Part shown: positions 55,395 through 64,000 of the stretch, piece by piece
Numbering within the stretch: the first letter of the stretch is position 1
Layout of the letters: every line of letters starts with the position of its first letter
Source: a virus
Taxonomy: Duplodnaviria; Caudoviricetes
Virus record (IMG/VR): IMGVR_UViG_3300044831_000007
Location: 2,518-66,517 of that record
DNA length: 64,000 nt
Direction: 5' to 3' (one strand)
Program-made: the position numbers and the translations under genes
Notes under the pieces: model-generated
The model's database searches: none
What the model saw: the letters and a program-made list of their open reading frames with translations, nothing else
Told to the model about the DNA's origin: nothing

Positions 55395-56849
55395 ATGGAC
55401 ATCACTGACTTAGCTACGCTCGACCTCTCGACGCTTAGCAGCGACGAGAAGCGCGAGTTGCTGGACCTGTTGGAAATCAAGCAGCGCCGCGCCGATGAAA
55501 CCAAGCTCTACGCCTACGCGCCGTACCCGAAGCAGGCGGAGTTTCACGAAGCCAGCACCATCGCGGGCGTGATTGACAGGCTGCTGATGGCGGGCAACCA
55601 GCAGGGCAAGACGGTCAGCGCGGGGTTCGAGACCGCCATGCATCTGACCGGGCAGTACCCGGACTGGTGGAAGGGTGCGCGCTTTCATGAGCCGACTGTG
55701 TTTTGGGCAGCGGGCGTGACAGGTGAGTCCACGCGTGACAACCCCCAGCGCATTTTGCTCGGGCGTCCGGGGAGCTGGGGCACCGGCGCGATTCCGGCGG
55801 ACTGCATCATCGCGGTCACGCGCAAGGCGCATGGCGTGCCCGACAGTGTGGACAGCATCAAGGTGCGCTACATCACCGGCGGCGTCTCGCTCGTGAATTT
55901 TAAGGCCTACGAACAGGGCCGTGAGAAGTGGCAGGGCGAAACGCTGCATGGCGTGTGGTTTGACGAAGAGCCGCCGATCGACATCTACACGGAAGGCAAG
56001 GCGCGCACGCAAGCGGGCAACGGCGGCATGGGCGGGATTACCTACATCACGTTCACGCCGTTGCTGGGAATGTCGGAAGTGGTGCGGCGGTTCCTGCTCG
56101 ACCGCGTACCGGGGACGCACGTCACCAACATGACGATCGCGGACGCACTGCACTACACCGAAGCGCAGCGCACGCAGATTATCGCGGGCTACCCGGTGCA
56201 TGAGCGCAAGGCTCGCGCGATGGGCGTGCCGATGATGGGCTCGGGTCAGGTGTTTCCGGTCGATGAGGACTTGATCAAAGAGAGCGCGCTGCAAATCCCG
56301 TGGCACTGGCCGCGCATCGTGGGCGTGGACTTCGGCTGGGATCACCCGGCCGCAGGCGTGTGGATGGCATGGGATCGGGAGACCGACACGATCCACGTCT
56401 ACGACTGCTACCGGATCAAGGAACAGACCAGCATCTTTCACGCGGCGACGCTCAAGGCCAAGGGGAACTGGATTCCCGTGGCGTGGCCAGTGGATGGCTT
56501 GCAGACGCGCGACGGCAAGCAGGCGATGGTCCAGTACCGCAACCACGGCGTCAACATGCTCGACAAGCATGCGTGTACGCCGGACGGCGGCACGTCGCTC
56601 GAAATCACCGTTGGCGACATGCTGGAGCGCATGCAGACCGGCCGGTTCAAGGTGGCCTCACATCTCAATGACTGGTGGGAAGAGTTTCGCATGTACCACC
56701 GCAAAGACGGCTTGATCGTGGACAAGGCCGATGACTTGATGAGCGCCACACGCTACGCCGTGATGAGCATTCGCTTTGCGATCACGCCCGCGCCTGAGCG
56801 CAACTATATTCCGCAGTTTCTGGCGCTGGATATCGAAGCGGGCTATTAG
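55395..56849 (+). CDS. terL: Terminase large subunit (P22-like, probably headful; 484 aa)
   Basis: AGNQQGKT Walker A; WFDEEPP Walker B; TFTPLLG; GVDFGWDHP; DDLMSATRYA. Confidence 0.93.
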   Translation: MDITDLATLDLSTLSSDEKRELLDLLEIKQRRADETKLYAYAPYPKQAEFHEASTIAGVIDRLLMAGNQQGKTVSAGFETAMHLTGQYPDWWKGARFHEPTVFWAAGVTGESTRDNPQRILLGRPGSWGTGAIPADCIIAVTRKAHGVPDSVDSIKVRYITGGVSLVNFKAYEQGREKWQGETLHGVWFDEEPPIDIYTEGKARTQAGNGGMGGITYITFTPLLGMSEVVRRFLLDRVPGTHVTNMTIADALHYTEAQRTQIIAGYPVHERKARAMGVPMMGSGQVFPVDEDLIKESALQIPWHWPRIVGVDFGWDHPAAGVWMAWDRETDTIHVYDCYRIKEQTSIFHAATLKAKGNWIPVAWPVDGLQTRDGKQAMVQYRNHGVNMLDKHACTPDGGTSLEITVGDMLERMQTGRFKVASHLNDWWEEFRMYHRKDGLIVDKADDLMSATRYAVMSIRFAITPAPERNYIPQFLALDIEAGY

Positions 56850-56965
56850 AGTCAGCGCGCTGATCTTAATGTTGTCGACGCGCTCGGAGCCTTACCCAGT
56901 AAGGCTTTCAGCGATTTACACCCCTGCAAACAGGGGGGCTTGTCGTCCCGCTCTGGAGAGCACCA

Positions 56966-57247
56966 ATGAATAGCGAAGCGAAGGTTGCGCGTGGCCAAAT
57001 CGTCATGACGCACGGGCCTTGGAGCAACGGGCACCAGGAGCAAACCGCGATCGTCACCCACGTCTACGGACAGGGGGTAACGGGGTCGCTGGTGAATCTG
57101 CATGTGTTCATGGATGAGGGGATGTCTCTCGTTGAAAGCGCGGTGCCGTGGTATCCGACGCTGGCTGAAGGGCTGGAGCGGGTCCAGTTGTCGAGCCAGC
57201 GGGCGGGCGCTCGCTTCTGCTACTTCCCGCAGCCCGTCGATGCATGA
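56966..57247 (+). CDS. Hypothetical protein (93 aa)
   Basis: GGAGAG RBS; TAIVTHV...VNLHVF motif. Confidence 0.7.
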   Translation: MNSEAKVARGQIVMTHGPWSNGHQEQTAIVTHVYGQGVTGSLVNLHVFMDEGMSLVESAVPWYPTLAEGLERVQLSSQRAGARFCYFPQPVDA

Positions 57248-57280
57248 CCATCAATGAAGGCCTTCTAACGGGAGAACCCC

Positions 57281-57439
57281 ATGTCGATCGGAACCATTGT
57301 ATTGATCTTGCTGGTGCTGTGCCTGGTGGGCGCTTTTCCGCAGTGGGGCTATAGCCGCAGTTGGGGCTATGGGCCGAGCGGCGTAGTGGGGGTTGTCCTG
57401 ATTATCTTGCTGGTGCTGTTCCTGCTGGGCCGGCTCTGA
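57281..57439 (+). CDS. DUF3309-family small membrane protein (52 aa); not in the ORF track
   Basis: GGAGA RBS; MSIGTIVLILLVLCLVGAFPQWGYSRSWGYGPSGVVGVVLIILLVLFLLGRL. Confidence 0.85.
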   Translation: MSIGTIVLILLVLCLVGAFPQWGYSRSWGYGPSGVVGVVLIILLVLFLLGRL

Positions 57440-57822
57440 TGAATGACCATCTTCCGCACGCCACGAACGCCGAGATGCAGCGAATCGCTGCCCGTTACCC
57501 GATGGCAACCCCCGAAGAGCGGCGCGACTATTACGCGAAGAGGACTTCTGACGAAATGCTGAAGATCATCGGCGCACTGAACCGCGCGAAGCATGCCGCT
57601 GCCTTGCAGGCGGAGCACGACGCCGTGAATCACCCGGCGCATTACACGTCGCACCCCTCGGGCGTCGAGTGCGTCACGATCGCCGAGCACTTCGGATTCA
57701 ACATCGGCAACGTTATCAAGTATCTCTGGCGCTGCGAAGAGAAGGGCGCCCCGATTCAGGACCTCGAAAAAGCCGCGTGGTATTTGAACCGCGAGATTGC
57801 CAAGCGCAAAGGAACCGAATGA
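57439..57822 (+). CDS. DUF3310-domain protein (127 aa)
   Basis: VNHPAHY...GNVIKYLWR...KG...DLEKAAWYL. Confidence 0.85.
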   Translation: MNDHLPHATNAEMQRIAARYPMATPEERRDYYAKRTSDEMLKIIGALNRAKHAAALQAEHDAVNHPAHYTSHPSGVECVTIAEHFGFNIGNVIKYLWRCEEKGAPIQDLEKAAWYLNREIAKRKGTE

Positions 57823-58070
57823 CTACTCGTGCACAGATTGAAGCCCGCGTCGTGGTTGTTGAATACGTGAAGCGCGGCACCAAGACGCTGTGTTTCCTCA
57901 CGCTCGATAACGGTTGGGAACAGTCGGGCGAATCCGATTGTGTAGACCCGGCGAAGTACAACGAAGACCGTGGCGCGGACATCGCATTTGAAGACGCGAT
58001 TGACCAGCTCTGGCCGTTGCTGGGGTTTCTTGAGAAAGAGGACCTGTACCGCCAGCAAAAGAGCGGTTGA
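57819..58070 (+). CDS. N4 gp49 / Sf6 gp66-like protein (83 aa)
   Basis: TLCFLTLDNGW...GESDCVDPAKYNEDRG...AFEDAIDQLWPLLGF; ATGA coupling. Confidence 0.8.
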   Translation: MTTRAQIEARVVVVEYVKRGTKTLCFLTLDNGWEQSGESDCVDPAKYNEDRGADIAFEDAIDQLWPLLGFLEKEDLYRQQKSG

Positions 58071-58090
58071 CCCCGCTCGGGGAGAACTGC

Positions 58091-58714
58091 ATGGCTGATC
58101 GTGAAGAAGACGCGCTTGAAGCCGCGAAGGAACTGTTTGATTCGAAGATCAACACGCTGCGCCAAGAACTGAGCACGGCGATTTTGAACCTCAAGGAACT
58201 GAAGGAGCATGACATCGCCAGTCTGGCCGAGCATCAGCGAATGCTGGCACTGGGCCTCGACCGGCGCATTGACGCGATTGAGAAGGCAGCGGACACGGCG
58301 CTGGCCGCGCAGGAAAAGCGCTTCGATACGGTCAATGAAATCCACTCCCAGTTCGCCCTGCAAGCGGCCTCGTTCCTGCCACGCGCTGAATTCGACCGTG
58401 CCTTGCGCTCCCTCTCAGACAAGCTCGACATTCTGACGATGACGATGGCCGATAAAACCGAAGCCGCAGCCAAAGGCTTTGATGCGCGCGTGATAGCCCT
58501 CGGGAATTCCTTCGACGCGAAGGTCGAAGCGAACGCTTTAAAGATCGAAGCAAACAACAAGACGTTTGGCGCACGCCTGGATGATCTTCGCGCCTTCAAG
58601 GATTCCTCTACGGGCCGCTTGGACGGGCTCAACGCGGGCTGGGTTTATTTACTCGGCCTCGTCTCCTTGGTCAATGGCCTCGTCGCGCTCTTCCTGATCT
58701 TTCGCCACGCCTGA
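58091..58714 (+). CDS. Coiled-coil protein with C-terminal TM anchor (207 aa)
   Basis: GGAGA RBS; heptads then GWVYLLGLVSLVNGLVALFLIF. Confidence 0.7.
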   Translation: MADREEDALEAAKELFDSKINTLRQELSTAILNLKELKEHDIASLAEHQRMLALGLDRRIDAIEKAADTALAAQEKRFDTVNEIHSQFALQAASFLPRAEFDRALRSLSDKLDILTMTMADKTEAAAKGFDARVIALGNSFDAKVEANALKIEANNKTFGARLDDLRAFKDSSTGRLDGLNAGWVYLLGLVSLVNGLVALFLIFRHA

Positions 58715-58762
58715 TCTTTCGTCGCCGATTGCATCACTCGCCTAGTCAATAAAGGGCTGATT

Positions 58763-61120
58763 ATGTTCGACATTGAGAACCCGCCTGAAGAGTCGCTGGA
58801 CCCTCTCGATAAAGGCGCCGATCCGCAGGCCATGAGCGCGCAAGCGCTGCTTGCCAAGATGGAGCGCATGCAGATGTTTCAGCAGATGCTCTGCGATCGG
58901 CGCAAGGAAGCCGTCACTGCACGCGTGGCGAGTGGCGTAGAGCGCCGCTGGCTCGATGACCTCGACAACTACCACGGCCGCGACGGCGCGACGCGGCGCC
59001 TCGACATGCTCGACGTGCTTCAGGGCAGTGCGACTGGCGGGCGCGGTAGCAGCGGTGACACGCAGGCCGCGAACCGTTCGACGGTGTTCGTCCAGCTCAC
59101 GCGCCAGAAGGCCAATGCTGCCGCCGCGCGCTGCGCCGACATGCTCTATCCGATGGATGACAAGAACTGGGGCATCAAACCGACCCCGGTGCCCTCCCTC
59201 ATGGACGCCGCGAAGAGCAAGAATAGCCCGCCGGTGATGGAGAACGGCCAGCCGTTGCCGCACCCGAACGTCCCGAATCAGAACCTCACCTACGCCGACC
59301 TTGCAGCCGAGCAACTGATCCTTGCGCAAGAGAAAGCCAAGGCGATGGAAGACGAGATTGACGATCAGTTGACTGAGTGCCAGTTCAACTATGAAGGGCG
59401 CAAGGTCATTCAGGACGCGGCCATGATGGGCAGCGGCATCCTGAAGGGTCCGGCAGTCGTCAGTCGCATCGCGAAGAAGTGGAGCCCGAAGACCGCCGTC
59501 GATCCGCAAACGCAGAAGACCACGACGGTCCAGGTGCTGGAGATGGCGGAAGTCATCAAGCCGCATAGCTACCGCGTGGATTTGTGGAATTTTTATCCCG
59601 ACCCGGCGTGCGGCGAGGATATTCAGGACGGCTCCTATGTGTGGGAGCGGGAGTACATGCCCGGTCGCAAGCTGGCCAAGCTCGCCAAGGTCCCCGGTTA
59701 CAACGCGCAGGCAATCATGCTGTGCCTGCAAGAAGGGCCGCAGCGCGTGCATGGTGAGGAAGGCAGTTACAGCGACAACATGCGTGCGAGCGGCACGGCA
59801 TACGACCGTAGTGGCGCGTATGACGACAAGCGCTATGAGCTGTGGACCTACACCGGTGACGTGGCGCGCGAAGACCTCGAACTCGTGGGCGTGAATATTC
59901 CTGACGACATGGAAGGGTGGCTCACGACCTTCAGCGGCGTCATGGTGATGTGTAACAACCGCGTTATCAAAGCCATGTTGAACCCGCTGGACTCGGGCGA
60001 CTTCCCTTATGACGTGTTCATTTGGGAACGCATGGCGCTCTCGCCGTTCGGCGTGGGTGTGCCGTACCTCATGCGCTACGCGCAGCGCACGCTCAATGCT
60101 GCATGGCGCGCGATGCTCGACAACATGGCGCTCTCCAGTGGCCCGCAGATCATCATGAACCGCAAGGCGGTGGTGCCGGCTGACGGTAACTGGCAGCTCA
60201 CGGCGCGCAAGATTTGGCACATGGCCGGCGACGCTGACGATGTGACGAAAGCCATGATGGTTTTCGAAGTGCCGTCGCACCAGCAGGAAATCAGCAACAT
60301 CATCGAAATCGCGCAGAAGTTCGCCGATGAGGAAACCAGTCTCCCGCAGATCGCGCAAGGCGAGAAGGGCACTGCTCCCGATACTGTGGGCGGCATGTCC
60401 ATCCTGATGAACAGCGCCAACACGGTGCTGCGCCGGCTCGTCAAGCAGTACGACGACATGGTGACGCGTCCGCATTTGCGCCGCTATTACGACTGGAACA
60501 TGCAGTACAACCCGAAAGAAGAAATCAAGGGCGACTTCGAAATCGATGCCCGTGGTTCTTCTGTGCTGATCGTTCGCGACCAGCAGCAGCAAGCCGTGAT
60601 GCAGATGTTCGAACTGGCGACGAATCCCGTCTTTGGTGTCTACGTCGATCCGCTCAAGCTCTTTAGAAAGGGGCTGGAGATGAATCACCTGACGCCGGAT
60701 GACGTGATGCGCTCGCCTGAAGAGATTGCGCAGAAGCTCAAGGAAGCCAGTCAGCAACAGCAACCGCCTGACCCGCGTGTCCAGGCTGCGCAGATTCAGG
60801 CGCAGGCACGACTCAAGGAAGCGCAGATCAGCACGCAGGGCGAACAGGCCTACATCAACTCGCAGGCTCAGATCGCCCGCGACGACCATGCCGCCACGAT
60901 GGGCGAACTCCAGATGAAGCGCGAGCTGGCGATCCTGGATTACGCCAACAAGAACGGCATGCAGCTTATGCAGATCAAGGCCGACCTCGCGCAGCTCGCG
61001 CTCAAGCTCAACAGCGATCATGCACTGAAGAACGCCGAGAACATGACGCGTGCCGCGCAGAGCGCAGGGCCAGCCGACGCCGCGACCCCCACGACCTCAC
61101 CGGATAGGACCCTCCAATGA
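58763..61120 (+). CDS. Portal protein (785 aa)
   Basis: Size and position after terL; DAAMMGSGILKG, VDLWNFYPDP, PFGVGVP, LNAAWRAMLDN, YYDWNMQY...KGDFEIDARG; Q-rich C-terminal tail. Confidence 0.88.
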   Translation: MFDIENPPEESLDPLDKGADPQAMSAQALLAKMERMQMFQQMLCDRRKEAVTARVASGVERRWLDDLDNYHGRDGATRRLDMLDVLQGSATGGRGSSGDTQAANRSTVFVQLTRQKANAAAARCADMLYPMDDKNWGIKPTPVPSLMDAAKSKNSPPVMENGQPLPHPNVPNQNLTYADLAAEQLILAQEKAKAMEDEIDDQLTECQFNYEGRKVIQDAAMMGSGILKGPAVVSRIAKKWSPKTAVDPQTQKTTTVQVLEMAEVIKPHSYRVDLWNFYPDPACGEDIQDGSYVWEREYMPGRKLAKLAKVPGYNAQAIMLCLQEGPQRVHGEEGSYSDNMRASGTAYDRSGAYDDKRYELWTYTGDVAREDLELVGVNIPDDMEGWLTTFSGVMVMCNNRVIKAMLNPLDSGDFPYDVFIWERMALSPFGVGVPYLMRYAQRTLNAAWRAMLDNMALSSGPQIIMNRKAVVPADGNWQLTARKIWHMAGDADDVTKAMMVFEVPSHQQEISNIIEIAQKFADEETSLPQIAQGEKGTAPDTVGGMSILMNSANTVLRRLVKQYDDMVTRPHLRRYYDWNMQYNPKEEIKGDFEIDARGSSVLIVRDQQQQAVMQMFELATNPVFGVYVDPLKLFRKGLEMNHLTPDDVMRSPEEIAQKLKEASQQQQPPDPRVQAAQIQAQARLKEAQISTQGEQAYINSQAQIARDDHAATMGELQMKRELAILDYANKNGMQLMQIKADLAQLALKLNSDHALKNAENMTRAAQSAGPADAATPTTSPDRTLQ

Positions 61121-61488
61121 GCACGAAAAGTGTCATCTCCGTACCGAACGGAAATCAGAATATTCGGCAGGTGGTCTGGGCCGCTCTCGTCAATGGTGAC
61201 GCCGGCGACCCGATCGGGCCGGACCTCGATATGTGGTCCGACCGATCGGTCCAGGTCGGTGGCACCTTCGGCGCGGCCGGCACGGTCGTGTGGGAAGGCT
61301 CCAACGATGGCGTGAACTACTTCATGTTGTCGGCGCCGCAGGGCACCTCGCTCTCCTTTACCTCGGCGGGTCTCAAGCAAGTCCTCGAAGGCGTGCTGTA
61401 CGCGCGCCCGCGTGTGGCAGCAGGCGACGGCACGACCGCGATTGCCGTCAGTCTGATGCTGCGTCTGCCGACGCTGCGCGCGGGCTAA
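61117..61488 (+). CDS. Hypothetical virion-associated protein (123 aa)
   Basis: ATGA coupled to the portal; VQVGGTFG...VWEGSNDG beta-rich motif. Confidence 0.7.
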   Translation: MSTKSVISVPNGNQNIRQVVWAALVNGDAGDPIGPDLDMWSDRSVQVGGTFGAAGTVVWEGSNDGVNYFMLSAPQGTSLSFTSAGLKQVLEGVLYARPRVAAGDGTTAIAVSLMLRLPTLRAG

Positions 61489-61552
61489 CTTTTTGGCGGT
61501 GGCCGTTTAGGGCTACTTAACAACTTAACACCCGTTAAGGAATGAACACACA

Positions 61553-62374
61553 ATGTCCGACCTCCAAAACGACAACGCCCAAGCGCAAGCACCGGCGACC
61601 GAAACGCAAACCCCCGGAAGCGCAGCCGGAACACCTGACGCAAGCGCCGCTGTATCCGATCCGGGAGCCGGAGCTGACGTGGCCGTGCCTGCTGCGGTGA
61701 CGCCGCCGGCGGAAGTGCCTCCCGCGATTACGGGAACGATGGCCGTCACGGTCACGGACCAGCAGCTTATCGATATGGCCTTCGGTACGGCGCCCGCTGC
61801 ACCGGCGGTGACGACGCCGGCGCCGGCGCCGGTGATCAGCGACGCGCAGATGCGTGCTGCCTGCGAACAGCTCACGAACGGCGCTCGCATGTACTACGGA
61901 ATGCTCGACGCCGCTGCGGCGCTGAACCAAGTCGGTTCGCTCGGTGCCGCAGTGAGCGAGCGTCAGACCGCGCTCAATGGTCTGGACAGCGCGATCGCCG
62001 ATCGCCGCGCCCGGATCAACGCACTCGATCAGGCAATCGCCGATCAGGTTGCGGCGAACGAGCGCTCGATGAACGCCGCGTTGCGCGCAGCGAGCGACAA
62101 GGGCGTCGAAGCGAACAACCAGGCCAACTTGATTCTCTCGACCGCGCAAGGCAATGCCACGACGCTGCTCACGGCTGCACGCGTGAAGGCGCAAGAGCTG
62201 TTGGACGCGGCCAATACCACGGCCAGCCAGATTCAGATGCAGACGGCCGAAGACACGCAAACCGTCGCTGCACTTGAGCAAAAAGCCACTGAGCTGACCG
62301 GGCACATCGCCGACCTTGAAACGAATATCGCACTGGCACGCGCCAGTCTGCGCCAGCTCCTTGGAGACAGCTAA
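61553..62374 (+). CDS. Ala-rich coiled-coil protein (273 aa)
   Basis: AAGGA RBS; disordered N-terminus and long heptad region. Confidence 0.65.
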   Translation: MSDLQNDNAQAQAPATETQTPGSAAGTPDASAAVSDPGAGADVAVPAAVTPPAEVPPAITGTMAVTVTDQQLIDMAFGTAPAAPAVTTPAPAPVISDAQMRAACEQLTNGARMYYGMLDAAAALNQVGSLGAAVSERQTALNGLDSAIADRRARINALDQAIADQVAANERSMNAALRAASDKGVEANNQANLILSTAQGNATTLLTAARVKAQELLDAANTTASQIQMQTAEDTQTVAALEQKATELTGHIADLETNIALARASLRQLLGDS

Positions 62375-62766
62375 TGACCATCGGACTCTCTACGACCGTC
62401 CGCAACGCAATGCTGGACGCGATCACGACAGCAGCGGGCGCTTCGGCGCTCTTTCGTTTTTATGACGGTACGCGTCCGGCTACGGCTGGGACGGCCACGA
62501 CCAAGCTCGCGGAACTGCCGTGCTCGGCCACGTTCGCACCGGCCTCCAGTGCTGGCGTGCTCACGCTGAACCCGATCACGTCCGCTGCGGCGGTGGCCAC
62601 GGGCACGACGACGTGGTTCCGCATCACGAAGGCGGACGGTACGACCGTGGTCATGGACGGCTCGGTCGGGACTTCGGGCTCGGACGTGAACCTGAACTCG
62701 GTTTCGATTTCGAGCGGCGCGACGGTCAGCGTGACCTCGGCAACCATCACGGCGGGCAACCCCTAA
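62374..62766 (+). CDS. Putative virion structural protein (130 aa)
   Basis: RNAMLDAI...FYDGTRPA...ATGTTTWFRI...MDGSVG...ISSGATVSVTS pattern seen in phage structural modules. Confidence 0.7.
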   Translation: MTIGLSTTVRNAMLDAITTAAGASALFRFYDGTRPATAGTATTKLAELPCSATFAPASSAGVLTLNPITSAAAVATGTTTWFRITKADGTTVVMDGSVGTSGSDVNLNSVSISSGATVSVTSATITAGNP

Positions 62767-62791
62767 GCCCAGCCTCACCGGAGGCTAGGCC

Positions 62792-64000
62792 ATGCCCACA
62801 ATCGTACTCACCACGGGCACAACTTGGACCGTGGTGTCGGATTGGAACAATTCGAATAACACCATCGAAGTCTGGGGTGCGGGCGGCGGCGCTGGCGGTG
62901 ACGGCTCATTTGGTTCGGGCGGTGGCGGCGGCGGTGCGTGGTCAAGGATCGCGAACCTCGCGCTCACCCCCGGCGCATCGATCAACATCCGCATCGGCGC
63001 GGCCGGCGGCAGCTTCGACGGCAGCAACGGCACAGTGGGCGGCGATAGCTGGTTCAACGGCACCACGGTATCGAACGCATCCGTGTCCGCGAAGGGCGGT
63101 GGCGGTGGCGGCTTCGGCCCCAGCTCGCCGGGTACGGCAGGCGCCGGCGGCACGACAGCCGGTGTAGGCACGACGAAGTTCGCGGGCGGCGCCGGCGGCA
63201 TCGGCGGCTCGAACGGTAACGGCGGCGCAGGCGGCGGTGGCGGTGGTGCGGCTGGCCCCGCCGGCGCGGGCGGAGTTGGCGCCAACCCGAACAACGCCAC
63301 GTTTAACGGTGCTAACGGTGGCGCGGGTAACAACGGCGCGAACGCGGGCGGTACAGGCTCGACCGCTCAGGGCGTCCCAGGCGGCACGGGTGTCTCGCAG
63401 GCGAATGGCGGCGGTGGTGGTGGTGGCGGCTCAAACATAGACGTCAACTCAATCGGCCTCGGCGGTAATGCTGGCCTTCCGGGCGGCGGCGCAGGCGGCG
63501 GTGGCAATACTCAGTGGTCGCTGGGCGGCACAGCGGGCACGGGCCAGATTCGCATCACGTACACCGTGGCGTCCACCACGGGCACGCTGGCCCCGACGCT
63601 CGCCGGCGTAACGGCGGCGATCGCAGGCGTGATCCTCAACCCGGTCACGGGCACGCTGTCGCCGACGCTGGGCAATGCCGTGGCGAACGGCTTCACCGGC
63701 ACACTGGAATTCAGTGGGTCGATGGCGCAGACACTTCAGGCAGTCACGCAAGCGGCAAGCGGTGGGCTCACGATCAGCGGCTTTCTCGGTGGCTACCTCG
63801 ACTCATCGGTCAGTGCGATACCGGCCAAGCAAACCTTCAGTGGCACGATGGCGCCGATCACGCTGGGCGCCGCGACGATGAACGCGAGCGGGAACCAGCC
63901 GGTTTTCGGCACGTTCTCCCAGACCCTTGGGAACGCAATCGCTGCAATGGCCGGCAACGAGTTGTTTACCGGCACGCTGGCCAAGACGCTGGCCAACCAC
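62792..64000 (+). CDS. Glycine-rich virion protein, 3' end outside the window (absent from the ORF track)
   Basis: GGAGG RBS; reads MPTIVLTTGTTWTVVSDWNNSNNTIEVWGAGGGAGG...; same frame is open to ...GNELFTGTLAKTLANH at the window end; TGTL(A/S)PTL repeats. Confidence 0.75.
   Translation, partial: MPTIVLTTGTTWTVVSDWNNSNNTIEVWGAGGGAGGDGSFGSGGGGGGAWSRIANLALTPGASINIRIGAAGGSFDGSNGTVGGDSWFNGTTVSNASVSAKGGGGGGFGPSSPGTAGAGGTTAGVGTTKFAGGAGGIGGSNGNGGAGGGGGGAAGPAGAGGVGANPNNATFNGANGGAGNNGANAGGTGSTAQGVPGGTGVSQANGGGGGGGGSNIDVNSIGLGGNAGLPGGGAGGGGNTQWSLGGTAGTGQIRITYTVASTTGTLAPTLAGVTAAIAGVILNPVTGTLSPTLGNAVANGFTGTLEFSGSMAQTLQAVTQAASGGLTISGFLGGYLDSSVSAIPAKQTFSGTMAPITLGAATMNASGNQPVFGTFSQTLGNAIAAMAGNELFTGTLAKTLANH

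Noticed and set aside
42382-61021. Long minus-strand ORFs opposite the primase, helicase, terminase and portal (42382-43722, 45876-47189, 55410-56570, 58742-61021)
   Set aside because: Fully overlap well-supported plus-strand genes; typical antisense artefacts.
1-64000. Integrase, attP, protelomerase/telRL, tRNA genes, phage RNA polymerase, transposase
   Set aside because: No ORF with tyrosine/serine recombinase, protelomerase, RNAP or DDE motifs was recognised, and no long perfect palindrome or tRNA cloverleaf was noticed. The unseen part of the genome cannot be excluded.

Overview
The window is most of one GC-rich tailed-phage genome, most likely a short-tailed (podovirus-like) temperate phage. 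A Burkholderia-group betaproteobacterial host is inferred from composition, a Burkholderiales-style H-NS-like gene and DUF3309. The window is cut inside the head genes: it opens in the 3' end of an N4-gp56-type major capsid gene and closes inside a Gly-rich virion gene downstream of the portal, so the genome is longer than 64 kb. Gene order: capsid, adaptor, nozzle, tail fibre, lysis cassette, ejection proteins, then a 3304-aa polyvalent protein (1-22.9 kb, +). Next come family A DNA polymerase, H-NS-like gene, small genes, a complete plasmid maintenance module, SSB and Cas4-like nuclease (22.9-41.3 kb, mostly -). These are followed by a cI/cro switch, primase-helicase, VRR-NUC, SNF2 helicase and Q-like gene (41.4-47.7 kb), a leftward early operon (47.7-52.9 kb), and terS, hydroxylase, terL, portal (53-64 kb, +). 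The main result: no integrase is visible, but there is an RK2-style replicon (TrfA-family initiator, four 15-bp iterons, two perfect DnaA boxes, AT-rich 11-mers) next to a type Ib ParA/RHH partition pair. Upstream of parA is a 150-bp array in which 12 GTGA tetramers fall on an exact 5-bp lattice. This points to a phage-plasmid with two replication systems. Unannotated non-coding signals also occur: a structured RNA leader with internal antisense complementarity, five covarying intergenic stem-loops, seven co-oriented 16-bp sites, and a genome-wide CTTAAC-pair motif. All family assignments come from motif recognition by eye; no database search was run.
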